Shown: piece by piece, positions 50,825 to 60,205 of the stretch
How positions within the stretch are numbered: the stretch's first letter is position 1
Layout: each line of letters opens with the position of its first letter
NCBI GenBank assembly: GCA_963674745.2
Contig: CAXXDV010000001.1
Location: 1,568,001 to 1,632,000, forward strand
DNA: 64,000 nt
Source: Desulfosudaceae bacterium
Lineage (GTDB): Bacteria; Desulfobacterota; Desulfobacteria; Desulfobacterales; Desulfosudaceae
Direction: 5' to 3'
Notes under the pieces: generated by a model
What the model was told of the DNA's origin: nothing
The model's input: only the letters and a program-made list of their open reading frames with translations
Database searches by the model: none
Program-made: the position numbers and the translations under genes

Positions 50825-52045
50825 TTAAAGCACCAGCCGTGCCCTGAGAATGTATGAGGAATCCCGGTTGGTTCCGCCCAGGGTGGTCAGCTCGTGATCG
50901 GCGATGGTTTTGACCCAGCCGGCCGCAATCTGAAGTCCGGGCCGGGGAGACCAGCTCAAGTTGACGGTGGCGGTGCGGACCTCCTGGGTCGAAGGATCAT
51001 AGGCCGTCATGCCGGTATCAAACAGGGCGCGGTCGATGTCGGCATTGGAATAGCGGAACGCCAGTTCCAGGCACCCCGGCAGGTTTAAAAATGTCTGTCC
51101 GCGGCCGCTTTGGCGGGAAGACGGTTGCCAGCCGCCCCGCTCCCAGCGCATGGTTTCCCCGGTGATATTCCAGGAGGCGTACGCGGACCAGGAGGTTATT
51201 TGGTCAAATTCCTCGATTTCACACCTGACCCGCTCGGCCCCTATCCTGAACGGCCCGTTGTACCAGCCGGCTTCAAAGTGCCGGGATCTGTAATCATCGC
51301 CGTGAAGATTTCGAGTGGTGAAAACCGTTGAGCGCAGGGGTGTTTGAACAAAAATATTGTCATCATAATCCGGGCCCCAGGACAGCCCCAGGCCCGCAAA
51401 CCAGTTGGCCAGAAAATTCAGGTCGATAAATTGCGCCGGAAAGACAACCGTACGCAGTGCTAACAGGGGATCGGACCGGCGATTACCGTCCAGGTCGAAG
51501 CCGGCCCCGGCCGTGACAGTTGCCTCATACCAGATGCAATTGTTCAGCAAGGCCCCGTCAACTTGAACACCAAGATCGTACCGGCCGTCCAGATATGAGC
51601 TGAAACCATAATCCAGGCAGGGGAAATTTTCCGGACGGGTGGCCAGTTCCGTGTTCAAGGCCACTTTTACCTGGCCGGCCCGGAGGTGCAGGTCCGGGGT
51701 GATCCGCCAGCCCGCCCAGGCCTCGAACAGATTGTTTTTCGTGTCTATGCCCAGCAGGTCCGGCTCGACAAAGAAATCAAACCGGTCGCCATAATTGCCG
51801 CTTATCAGCAGATTAAGCGTTTCCCATCGCAGACCGTCGTTTTTCCGGTTATCCCGGTCATAGCCGATGGCGTCCACGGCCACCTGACCGCCGAAATAAA
51901 AATCCCAGCCCTGCCATTGCCGTTCGATGCCCGTTACGGATTTCCATTGAAAACGGGACGATGTCTGATCATCGGCGGCATAAAGGGCGGAAAAGAAGCC
52001 CAGCCCGATCAACAGGCTGAGACATGTCAAAAGATATTTTTTCAT
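50825..52045 (-). CDS. Porin, OprO/OprP-like beta-barrel
   Basis: Signal peptide, EAW...LRAGQ.K, RYDLGV, LELAFRYS. Confidence 0.75.
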   Translation of the reverse strand: MKKYLLTCLSLLIGLGFFSALYAADDQTSSRFQWKSVTGIERQWQGWDFYFGGQVAVDAIGYDRDNRKNDGLRWETLNLLISGNYGDRFDFFVEPDLLGIDTKNNLFEAWAGWRITPDLHLRAGQVKVALNTELATRPENFPCLDYGFSSYLDGRYDLGVQVDGALLNNCIWYEATVTAGAGFDLDGNRRSDPLLALRTVVFPAQFIDLNFLANWFAGLGLSWGPDYDDNIFVQTPLRSTVFTTRNLHGDDYRSRHFEAGWYNGPFRIGAERVRCEIEEFDQITSWSAYASWNITGETMRWERGGWQPSSRQSGRGQTFLNLPGCLELAFRYSNADIDRALFDTGMTAYDPSTQEVRTATVNLSWSPRPGLQIAAGWVKTIADHELTTLGGTNRDSSYILRARLVL

Positions 52046-52215
52046 AATTATTTTTTTCTGACGGCCCGGCCCGGTTTAAAACACGCCTTTCGCGAACCGG
52101 GTGGGGCAAAGTCGGATTTATAGGGTTGATTTATGACTCATAATACCTTAAACAATAACAATTTCAAATAAAACCGGCCAACCGGCGGCCAAATTAAATA
52201 ATGTGGAGAGATTCA

Positions 52216-53058
52216 ATGCCTTCCAATCAAAAAGAGGTGCTTCGTTTTGACGATTTGAGCCCCTACCTTCTTTTAAAGAACGGAAACTACCTGTATAAAG
52301 TCCCCTTTCGGGACGGGTTTGCCGTGCTCAAGGTCTACTATGGCTCCAGAAATCTTCCTGAACATATTGCCAAAAGCCTGGGTAACGTGTTGATCAATCA
52401 GCAAACGTCTTTTATGCCACTGGCCCGCTGGAAAACGGAATACGAGGCCTTAAACCTCTGGCGCGAGGCGGGATTCCGGGTGTTCGATACCTACGACGAT
52501 GTGCTGGTGGCGGGGTGTGTGCCCGATAAGGGGTGGCGCCTGTTCGAATACGTGGATCGACCCAGGTTTGTCAATTACTTTGCGGACCAAGCGGTGCCGC
52601 TTGATGAACGGCTGGATATGTGGAAACGATTTCTGCCCGTCTGGTACCGTCGCCATCAACTTGCCCTGGAGCGTCGCGAGCCCAGGCTGATTCATGAAAA
52701 CGGAGACCTCAAGCACGTCATGATCATGGAAGACGGCCAGTTTCTTTTTTTTGATTTTGAAATGGTATACTGGTCCCGGCGACAGGTGAAAACACTGGTG
52801 GCGCGGGAAATACTGGCCTACCTGAAATCCCTGGGCAATACCGTGGGAACGGACCATTGGGACACGTTTATGAAACTTACGGTGGAGACCTATCCGGATC
52901 ACGATCTCCTGGAGCATGCCTACACCGTGGCGTTTAAAAATCCGAATCCGCTGGTCCGCGCCGGGCGGGCCCTGGATTGGAAATTCAGCGCCAAGGCCAA
53001 CAAGCCCTGTTCGAAGTACAACGCCGCGCTCAAACTTCACAAACTCCTGCAGTCGTAA
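52216..53058 (+). CDS. Atypical kinase-fold protein, paralog of 49820-50668
   Basis: VLKVYYG, EPRLIHENGDLKHV, FFDFE, LVAREI; GGAG RBS before ATG 52216. Confidence 0.6.
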   Translation: MPSNQKEVLRFDDLSPYLLLKNGNYLYKVPFRDGFAVLKVYYGSRNLPEHIAKSLGNVLINQQTSFMPLARWKTEYEALNLWREAGFRVFDTYDDVLVAGCVPDKGWRLFEYVDRPRFVNYFADQAVPLDERLDMWKRFLPVWYRRHQLALERREPRLIHENGDLKHVMIMEDGQFLFFDFEMVYWSRRQVKTLVAREILAYLKSLGNTVGTDHWDTFMKLTVETYPDHDLLEHAYTVAFKNPNPLVRAGRALDWKFSAKANKPCSKYNAALKLHKLLQS

Positions 53059-53396
53059 AAAATGCAGGTGATTAAGTGATTATGTGTTTAAGTGTTTATG
53101 TGGTTAGTGCCGGCCCGTAATCAACCCGAAAAGTGAGACTGGAGACGGTTTTGGGTTTTTAAGTGTCAGGTGCTTAGGTGATTATAATAGCCGGGGGCAC
53201 CCGCGGCCGGGGCAATTAGAACTTACGGGGTTACTTGTACGGCCGGGGCGGCACTGACAACTTGTTGTCAGTGTGCAAAGCACAAGAGGATTGTATACGA
53301 GCTTTCATATAACAAATCATATCAATTTTATACTGGATTCCGCTTCGCTCCATTGCCCGGAATGACAAGTTGTTGGGCAGACTGTAAGGCCCTCCA

Positions 53397-54428
53397 TTAC
53401 ATCAGCAAATATTTTTCTCTTAATATCGTCGATACTTCCCGGACAGCTTCAAAAGCCCGTTCCACGGTAAGTGCTTTATCCGGATTCACCAGGCAGCAGG
53501 TGGCCGGCGACAGCATGCCGCGGGTGAGCAGCAGCTCCCGGTCCACGCCCTTTGACCAGAGGAATTCCCATATCGCTTCCAGCCGCTGGATCAGGGTAGA
53601 GACATCCTCTCCGGCAAAAGCCTCGAAACCCGTGGGCACGATGCCCCAGACAATGACCCCGCCCCGCTCAAGAAAATTTTTAATGGATCGGGCATAGGAT
53701 GAAATAATTTCCGCGTTGGTGTAAACATCCAGCGAAAGCACGTCCAGGTCGAGATTCAAAAGAAAATCCCAGTCCGGGTTGCCGCACAAATGAATGCCCC
53801 GGGGACGGTCGATCTGGGCGAAAAACCGGTCCAGGTCACCTTTGGCCTTGATATCGTCATATCCGGACAGGGCCGAAAACAGGAACTGCATGCCGGGTTC
53901 ATCCACAAACATGAAGGCATTGGGGTTGCGTTTTTGGAGCCGGGCCAGCTGTACGTTTACCCGCCGGGCCATGAAGTCGAACATGAACGGCCGGACCGTA
54001 TCGTCAAACAGGATGGGCCGGTCATCCTGATCCACGATATTAAAACCGAAACTGACCGGCCCCTCCATCTGCCCGCGGACAGCCGGCCGGTCGGCCAGGT
54101 CAAGGGCCAGAAAACGGTGATACACCGCCGAGTAGGTTTCGCTGACGTCAAAATAAACCGGGTCATCAAAGTGGGACAGGGCTTCTTCCAGTTCTTCGAC
54201 GAATTTTTCCATGGAAAAACGTAATGTGCGTTTACCCATATCGAGCAGGATACCGGGAAAATGCTCGGCTGCCTGGACATACATGTCTTCATAATAGTTG
54301 TAGTTGGGCAGTTGCGGCCAGAACGGCACATCCAGCGACAGGGCTGTTTCCAGGGCGCGGTCCACGTCCGTATGGGGCATGACCGCCATGGCGGTGGTGA
54401 GGAGGTTGCCGGGAATGGGGTTGTTCAT
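53397..54428 (-). CDS. Core (single-barrel) methionine synthase-like protein
   Basis: WPQLP, GP.S, FVDEP, IHLCGN (HxC Zn motif), WGIVPT, SPATCC. Confidence 0.7.
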   Translation of the reverse strand: MNNPIPGNLLTTAMAVMPHTDVDRALETALSLDVPFWPQLPNYNYYEDMYVQAAEHFPGILLDMGKRTLRFSMEKFVEELEEALSHFDDPVYFDVSETYSAVYHRFLALDLADRPAVRGQMEGPVSFGFNIVDQDDRPILFDDTVRPFMFDFMARRVNVQLARLQKRNPNAFMFVDEPGMQFLFSALSGYDDIKAKGDLDRFFAQIDRPRGIHLCGNPDWDFLLNLDLDVLSLDVYTNAEIISSYARSIKNFLERGGVIVWGIVPTGFEAFAGEDVSTLIQRLEAIWEFLWSKGVDRELLLTRGMLSPATCCLVNPDKALTVERAFEAVREVSTILREKYLLM

Positions 54429-54580
54429 AAGCGCATAGCCTGCAACAGGGGTTGTTTTGTAAACGTCATAACATATTTGTCAGAATATCTCAATTGACAG
54501 TTCCGGCCTGAATTGATATTTCTTATACCGGCAAGAGGGATCACACTTCTGAACACAAAAAAGCGGAGGGACCCGGCTTC

Positions 54581-55462
54581 ATGAAATATTTTTCCATTTT
54601 TTTCGCGTTGTTATTCGGCTTTGGCGCTTTTACGGGGTGCGCTCCCCGCTGGGTGCGGACCCCGGTTGTTGATCAGCGGGATATCACCGTCAGCCTGGAA
54701 CACAAAATCGTTAAAAAGCAGGTGGCTGATCAACAGTTTGATCATCCCTTCAGTGTTGATCAACAGGATCTGAGAACGTTGCTGTCGCAACTTGAATATA
54801 TGGCGGAACCCATGGTTTTTGGTGAACAGGAGCAGAAAACGGTCTTTCAGTCAGTGGAACTCGATCGGCTGGTGCCCGCCCTGGCAGATGCCCTGTCCAA
54901 AGCCGATCCAAATCAACGGGTGTGGTTTGTCTCTTATAACCGGGGTGGCGGGCTGCTGTTTAAAAAAAGACGCCAAACCACCGGCGTGGTTTTTGTCCGG
55001 GCAGGCAATCGCCTGAATCTGGCGTTTAAAGAAATCAATTTTGAAATACTGACCAATGAAATGGAAAATGTGCCGCAAAGGGATGAATATGCGGACCCCT
55101 TAAAGATCAAGTCGTCCTCCACGCCCATTGTCGCGCCGGATTATGTCGCGCATCCAAAAACGGAAAAAGGCAACCCCTTTCCCATGTGGATCGTGGTTGA
55201 AACAGATAAAGTACCGGCGCCTTCAAAACCCGATCCTGAGGCGCAAACCACAGCGTCGAAACCGGCAACACAAGAAAAAGCCGTAGTCGAATCACAGGCA
55301 CCGGTCGAGGGAATGCCTGCCCTGCAGAACGCTGATTCCTGGGAAACCCGCCGCCAGGAAAACACAGAAAAGCTGGAATACTTAAAAGAGCTTTTCGAAT
55401 CCGGGTTGATCGACGAACAAGAGTATAAGGCCCAGAAAGAAAAGCTGCTGGATCAACTGTGA
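54581..55462 (+). CDS. Lipoprotein with C-terminal SHOCT domain
   Basis: Lipobox FTGC; LEYLKELFESGLIDEQEYKAQKEKLL. Confidence 0.85.
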   Translation: MKYFSIFFALLFGFGAFTGCAPRWVRTPVVDQRDITVSLEHKIVKKQVADQQFDHPFSVDQQDLRTLLSQLEYMAEPMVFGEQEQKTVFQSVELDRLVPALADALSKADPNQRVWFVSYNRGGGLLFKKRRQTTGVVFVRAGNRLNLAFKEINFEILTNEMENVPQRDEYADPLKIKSSSTPIVAPDYVAHPKTEKGNPFPMWIVVETDKVPAPSKPDPEAQTTASKPATQEKAVVESQAPVEGMPALQNADSWETRRQENTEKLEYLKELFESGLIDEQEYKAQKEKLLDQL

Positions 55463-55556
55463 TGGCATTTTTTTGGGAGTACCCTAACATCTTGATGTTT
55501 CGTGATTTTAGCCCGAGCCATGAGCCCCTTCTGCAAGATACAGGATGCGACCTCAT

Positions 55557-55615
55557 GTAGGGGCACCCCCCCGTGGGTGCCCTTCTATCGGGCGGCCACA
55601 GGGGGCCGCCCCTAC
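55557..55615. repeat. Composite GTAG REP doublet
   Basis: Near-identical to 25498-25555. Confidence 0.8.
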
Positions 55616-55718
55616 AACATCGTCAGCGGCCTGAAGCGCAACAGGCGCGTTCAAGGAGACTCGTCCGGTCTGTTGGAAAATTTCATGAAACATTGGACTA
55701 AACCGTCAGGAGGTAGCC

Positions 55719-57374
55719 ATGGCCCTTCATGAGTTGGCCGGCAAACCGGCGCCGGATTATTTGCTGGAAAACATTCCCCGACTGGTAACCGCTTATTATA
55801 CCCGTAAACCCGATGCCTCTGACCCGGGACAGCGGGTGGTCTTCGGCACTTCCGGGCACCGGGGCACGTCGGGCAACGGCAGTTTCAATGAAGACCATAT
55901 CCTGGCCATCTGCCAGGCGATTTGTGAATACCGCCAATCCAAAAGTATAACCGGCCCTTTGTTTCTGGGTATCGATACCCACGCCCTGTCTGAACCGGCC
56001 ATGGCTACTGCCCTGGAAGTCTTTGCCGCACAGGGGGTTGTCGTCATGATTGATGAAAACCTCCGCTATACCCCGACCCCGGTCATTTCCCACGCGATTT
56101 TAACCTGTAATAATCGTAAAGACCGTCGGGGATTGGCCGACGGAGTGGTGATAACACCGTCGCATAATCCGCCCGGAGACGGCGGTTTCAAGTACAATCC
56201 GCCCCATGGGGGGCCGGCCGACAGTGATACGACTTCGGCCATCGCCGCCCGGGCCAATGAAATCCTCGAAAGCGGCACCAATGCCGTCCGGCGTGTCCCT
56301 TACCAAAGGGCGCTCAAGGCGGAAACCACCATCTACTATGACTACATCACCCCGTATGTGACCGACCTGGCCAACGTGATCGATATGCCGGCCATTGCTT
56401 CCGCGGGGCTGAAAATCGGTGTCGACCCGTTGGGCGGTTCGGTGGTCGATTTCTGGGCGCCCATTGCTGAAAAATACGGGCTGTCCATGGAACTGGTCAG
56501 CACTCGCACGGACCCGGCCTTTTCCTTCATGACCCTGGACAAGGACGGCAAGATCCGGATGGACTGTTCGTCCGCCTATGCCATGCAGCGGCTGCTCGGG
56601 ATCAAAGACAGCTTTGATGTTGCCTTTGGCAACGATCCCGACGGTGACCGGCATGGGATTGTGACGAAAAGCGCCGGGCTGCTGAATCCCAATCACTACC
56701 TGTCGGTGGCCATCTGGTACCTGTTTCAGAACCGTCCCGGCTGGAAACCCGGGGCCGCGGTGGGCAAAACCCTGGTGTCCACCTCTATGATCGACCGGAT
56801 CGCCGGGCATCTCCAGCGGCCTTTACGGGAAGTGCCGGTGGGGTTCAAGTGGTTCGTGGACGGCCTGGTTGACGGTTCATTCGGCTTTGGCGGTGAAGAA
56901 AGCGCCGGCGCGTCTTTTTTGAGAAAAGACGGTACGGTCTGGACAACGGACAAGGACGGCATCATCATGAACCTTCTGTCCGCCGAAATTATGGCCAGAA
57001 CCGAAAAAGATCCGGGCGAGTTGTACCGGGACCTGGAGGAGCGGTTCGGCGCCTGTGTGTATGAGCGGATGGATGCGCCGGCCGACGCCCGCCAGAAAAA
57101 GATTTTAAAGAGCCTGTCCAGGGAGGCGATTGTTGATAACGAACTGGCCGGAGAGCCGATTAAAGAAATTCTGACCAGGACGCCATTTAATGACGCCCCT
57201 ATCGGCGGTCTCAAGGTGGTCGCAGAAAACGGGTGGTTTGCCGCCCGCCCGTCAGGTACTGAAGATATATACAAAATTTACGCGGAAAGTTTTAACGGCA
57301 AAGACCACTTGAAGCAGATTCAGCAGGAGGCCATGGATATTGTCGGCCGGGCTTTTGAATCAGGTGGCAGCTGA
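55719..57374 (+). CDS. pgm: Phosphoglucomutase
   Basis: [33 protein letters not shown]. Confidence 0.96.
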   Translation: MALHELAGKPAPDYLLENIPRLVTAYYTRKPDASDPGQRVVFGTSGHRGTSGNGSFNEDHILAICQAICEYRQSKSITGPLFLGIDTHALSEPAMATALEVFAAQGVVVMIDENLRYTPTPVISHAILTCNNRKDRRGLADGVVITPSHNPPGDGGFKYNPPHGGPADSDTTSAIAARANEILESGTNAVRRVPYQRALKAETTIYYDYITPYVTDLANVIDMPAIASAGLKIGVDPLGGSVVDFWAPIAEKYGLSMELVSTRTDPAFSFMTLDKDGKIRMDCSSAYAMQRLLGIKDSFDVAFGNDPDGDRHGIVTKSAGLLNPNHYLSVAIWYLFQNRPGWKPGAAVGKTLVSTSMIDRIAGHLQRPLREVPVGFKWFVDGLVDGSFGFGGEESAGASFLRKDGTVWTTDKDGIIMNLLSAEIMARTEKDPGELYRDLEERFGACVYERMDAPADARQKKILKSLSREAIVDNELAGEPIKEILTRTPFNDAPIGGLKVVAENGWFAARPSGTEDIYKIYAESFNGKDHLKQIQQEAMDIVGRAFESGGS

Positions 57375-57479
57375 ATTCAACTCGTTTAGTGATACCTGAA
57401 CCGTTAATCCGCTAAGGCCTTTCCGGCTGGCATAAAAAACCTGTTTTTTTGGGTGGATTGGGAAAACACTTGGGAAAAA

Positions 57480-57508
57480 TTGACATCTCATGCCTGATAA
57501 TGTATAAT
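57480..57508 (+). promoter_or_regulatory. Perfect-consensus sigma70 promoter
   Basis: TTGACA-N17-TATAAT. Confidence 0.8.
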
Positions 57509-57584
57509 AAGTTTAAAAGTTATCATTGAATGTCGAAAGCCCCTGTCGCTTTTCGTTTTTCATCAGTTTAAGTGGAGACGCACC

Positions 57585-57989
57585 ATGCGTTTCAAATCAA
57601 TCATCACGATCATAACAATTGCCGCTTTTTTGCTGGCCGGGTGGGCTTTTGCCGGAAGCCTTTCCCCTCAGGCACCGCCTACCACAAACTTTACTTTTTA
57701 TAATGACAATGATTTTCCGGTAAAAATCAGGGCCTCGGTCTTTCTGCAAAGTAAAAACCCGTCTTTGCCGGCCAGGTTTCTGGATGTCGAGGCCAATGTC
57801 GCGCCTTACGGCACCTATACCAAAACCGAAGTCTACGAAGCCCACTACAGGGGGGTGGGGGCGTCCGGATCGGTCTGGTTTGAAGGCCGTACTCTTCGCC
57901 AGGATTGTACCTGCCAGGGTGTAAAAAACGTGTCCGTACGGGCGCTCAAACCGTTGAATGTCAGCACCAACTGCTCCGGCGGAAATTAA
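57585..57989 (+). CDS. Small secreted hypothetical protein
   Basis: Signal peptide ending AFA; GGAG RBS; consensus promoter upstream; beta-rich with 3 Cys. Confidence 0.75.
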   Translation: MRFKSIITIITIAAFLLAGWAFAGSLSPQAPPTTNFTFYNDNDFPVKIRASVFLQSKNPSLPARFLDVEANVAPYGTYTKTEVYEAHYRGVGASGSVWFEGRTLRQDCTCQGVKNVSVRALKPLNVSTNCSGGN

Positions 57990-58063
57990 TTTCCTTCAGG
58001 AAAATACGATAAAAAATCCGAACCCCGCGGGTGACCTCCCCGAATTTTCACGAAAAATATCCG

Positions 58064-59284
58064 TCATTGCGGCAGATGAAAGGTCCGGGGCAGTTGCTCA
58101 AAAGCAGGCCCGGCAAACAGCAGGCCCTGGTAGAACCGGATGCCTTCCTGGCGCAGCCATTCAAATTCACCTGTCGTCTCAACGCCTTCGGCAATAATAT
58201 CAATACCGAGGTCGAGGCATGTCCGGGCAATGCCCCGGACAATCGCCTGGCGGGGGCCGTTGCCGTCGATACCGCGCATCAGGTGCATGTCCAGCTTGAT
58301 GAATTCAGGCTGAAATTCGGAAAGTAGGTTCAGGCCGGCATAACCGGCCCCGAAATCATCAATGGCAACCTTCATTCCGGAATCACGATGCCTGTTGATC
58401 GCCTTTTTGAACCCCTCATAATCGGTAATGATTTCCCGTTCCAGAATTTCCAGGATCAGTTGCCCGGGGTCGACCCGGCAACGGGCGGCAGCATTGAGCA
58501 TCGAAGAAATGACCGTTGGCGAGGTTTCCACGCTCAGGGGAAGAAAATTGAGGTTCAGGCAGGACGTCAACCCCATTTGAGCCGCCATGTTAATGGCCGT
58601 GTTCCGGCACTGCTCGTCAAAAGTATGCATGTCGGCCGGGTCAACCCGGGACAGAACCGTTCCGGCGGACTCATTGTTTCGGCCTCGAATCAGGGCTTCA
58701 TAAGAGAAAATGGTTGCATCGGAAATGTTGATGATGGGTTGGAACGCGAAAGAATAGTCGTCGTTCGGGGATTCCACGGATGCCGTCTTTTCCGGTGATT
58801 CAATCTCAACCGATATGTCCGGGCCGATCGATAAAGGGGTGCCGGTTTTGCTCAGTCTTGACCGCCAGCGCCCGTGCATAAAGGCGGCGAGCAGTTTTTT
58901 GGCCCTGCCGGGGCTTAACCGGGCAAAGCTCTCACCTTTGCTGAAGAAGTCATTGACACCCAGAATCGTGTCCGCCTCCCGGGGTGAAATATCGGCGTAC
59001 CCCATGGTCCAGTCACCAAAAGCGCGTCTGGCAATGGGTTCACGGATAATGACCGTTACTTTTTGATGCCGCTCATCACCGGTAATCCTGGAAAATAGAT
59101 TGTCAACCGTGTCCGGTTCGCCTTCCAGCACCTGGAAAAAACTGCCCTCAGAATAGAGCAGCATACCGCTTACATTTAATTCAATATTCCGGCGACGCGC
59201 CACAACAAGAAGGTCCGTCAGCTCTTTCCGGCTGAAAGAATAGGTGGCGGCACTGGTGTATATCAGGTGAATCAGTTTTGACAT
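58064..59284 (-). CDS. BLUF-EAL blue-light-regulated c-di-GMP phosphodiesterase (BlrP1-like)
   Basis: BLUF LIYTS..N..FFQVLEG..RH..WTM; EAL YEAL, LNF, LEILE, DDFGAGY, IKLD, AEGVE, QG. Confidence 0.93.
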   Translation of the reverse strand: MSKLIHLIYTSAATYSFSRKELTDLLVVARRRNIELNVSGMLLYSEGSFFQVLEGEPDTVDNLFSRITGDERHQKVTVIIREPIARRAFGDWTMGYADISPREADTILGVNDFFSKGESFARLSPGRAKKLLAAFMHGRWRSRLSKTGTPLSIGPDISVEIESPEKTASVESPNDDYSFAFQPIINISDATIFSYEALIRGRNNESAGTVLSRVDPADMHTFDEQCRNTAINMAAQMGLTSCLNLNFLPLSVETSPTVISSMLNAAARCRVDPGQLILEILEREIITDYEGFKKAINRHRDSGMKVAIDDFGAGYAGLNLLSEFQPEFIKLDMHLMRGIDGNGPRQAIVRGIARTCLDLGIDIIAEGVETTGEFEWLRQEGIRFYQGLLFAGPAFEQLPRTFHLPQ

Positions 59285-59311
59285 GGTTTGCCCCTTTCCA
59301 ACAAAAAAGCA

Positions 59312-59794
59312 TCATTCGTCTTTTTTCTTTTTCAAAGGGTATTCCAGAAAATCCTCATCATTGACCGTCCGGCTCAACAACTCATTTTTTTCCGCAGCCA
59401 GTTCAACCAGAAAGCCGACAGCATTTTCCGCATTCATGCCGAAGGGATCAAAATCCGGGCTGGCGGAATACTTGAAAAGCACGGATTGGTCGGCTTTTCG
59501 TGTTGAGACATAAGCCATCGACCATTTTTCAAAAGAGCGCCGGCCGATTTCCTGGTAATCCAGAATCGTGATGTTAAGATGCCGCGGGTCTTTGACGATG
59601 TCGGCATAAATGCGGTTGACAGCGTCACGGGGGCCTTCCAGCCATTGCATGAAATACTTCGGATCATAACAGAGCACACCGGTGACACCGGTCTTTTCAT
59701 TGTTTTGTCTGGCAACGCTGAGTATCTCTTTGAGACCGTCAACGTCCATCTTATCCGTCATTTGGCTGACATAGATCAAACGAACCAGGGGCAT
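59312..59794 (-). CDS. Stand-alone BLUF domain protein
   Basis: LIYVS, NN..GVTG.L, FMQWLEG, DPRH, WSM; start at ATG 59794 with AAGGAGG. Confidence 0.92.
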   Translation of the reverse strand: MPLVRLIYVSQMTDKMDVDGLKEILSVARQNNEKTGVTGVLCYDPKYFMQWLEGPRDAVNRIYADIVKDPRHLNITILDYQEIGRRSFEKWSMAYVSTRKADQSVLFKYSASPDFDPFGMNAENAVGFLVELAAEKNELLSRTVNDEDFLEYPLKKKKDE

Positions 59795-60205
59795 GGGGCG
59801 CCTCCTTTTTTGATGATTGGCAGGTGCTATTTTGATGCATGATGCAGATGTTAATGATATCAAATCAGTAAATAAATGTCGAGACGATTTTTCTCTGTTA
59901 GAAAAGGGCACGGCACGGTGTTTCCCTTCGTTGTTCAGGCGCTCACGCCGACCCTCTCCCGGAGGCGGGAGACCAGGGCCTTCATTTCTTGACTGAGGCC
60001 AATTCCCGACCCCCCAAAAGATTGACATTAGATACACGATACCATATGGCATAACAATTGAACTGTTCGTATGGTTTGCTGAAAAACGTCAGGCTATGGC
60101 AAAAAAGGGCTTTACATAAGCTTTCTGCGTTCTATCAAAACAAACACCACGGGCAGGGCGGGTCCATGGCCCCCAGGCCCCTAAAAGGAGAGGACAAAAA
60201 GCATC

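Noticed and set aside
59795..60052. 86-aa N-terminal extension of the BLUF ORF, or a riboswitch in this leader
   Set aside because: A strong AAGGAGG precedes ATG 59794, the extension is not protein-like, and I could not match any riboswitch consensus.
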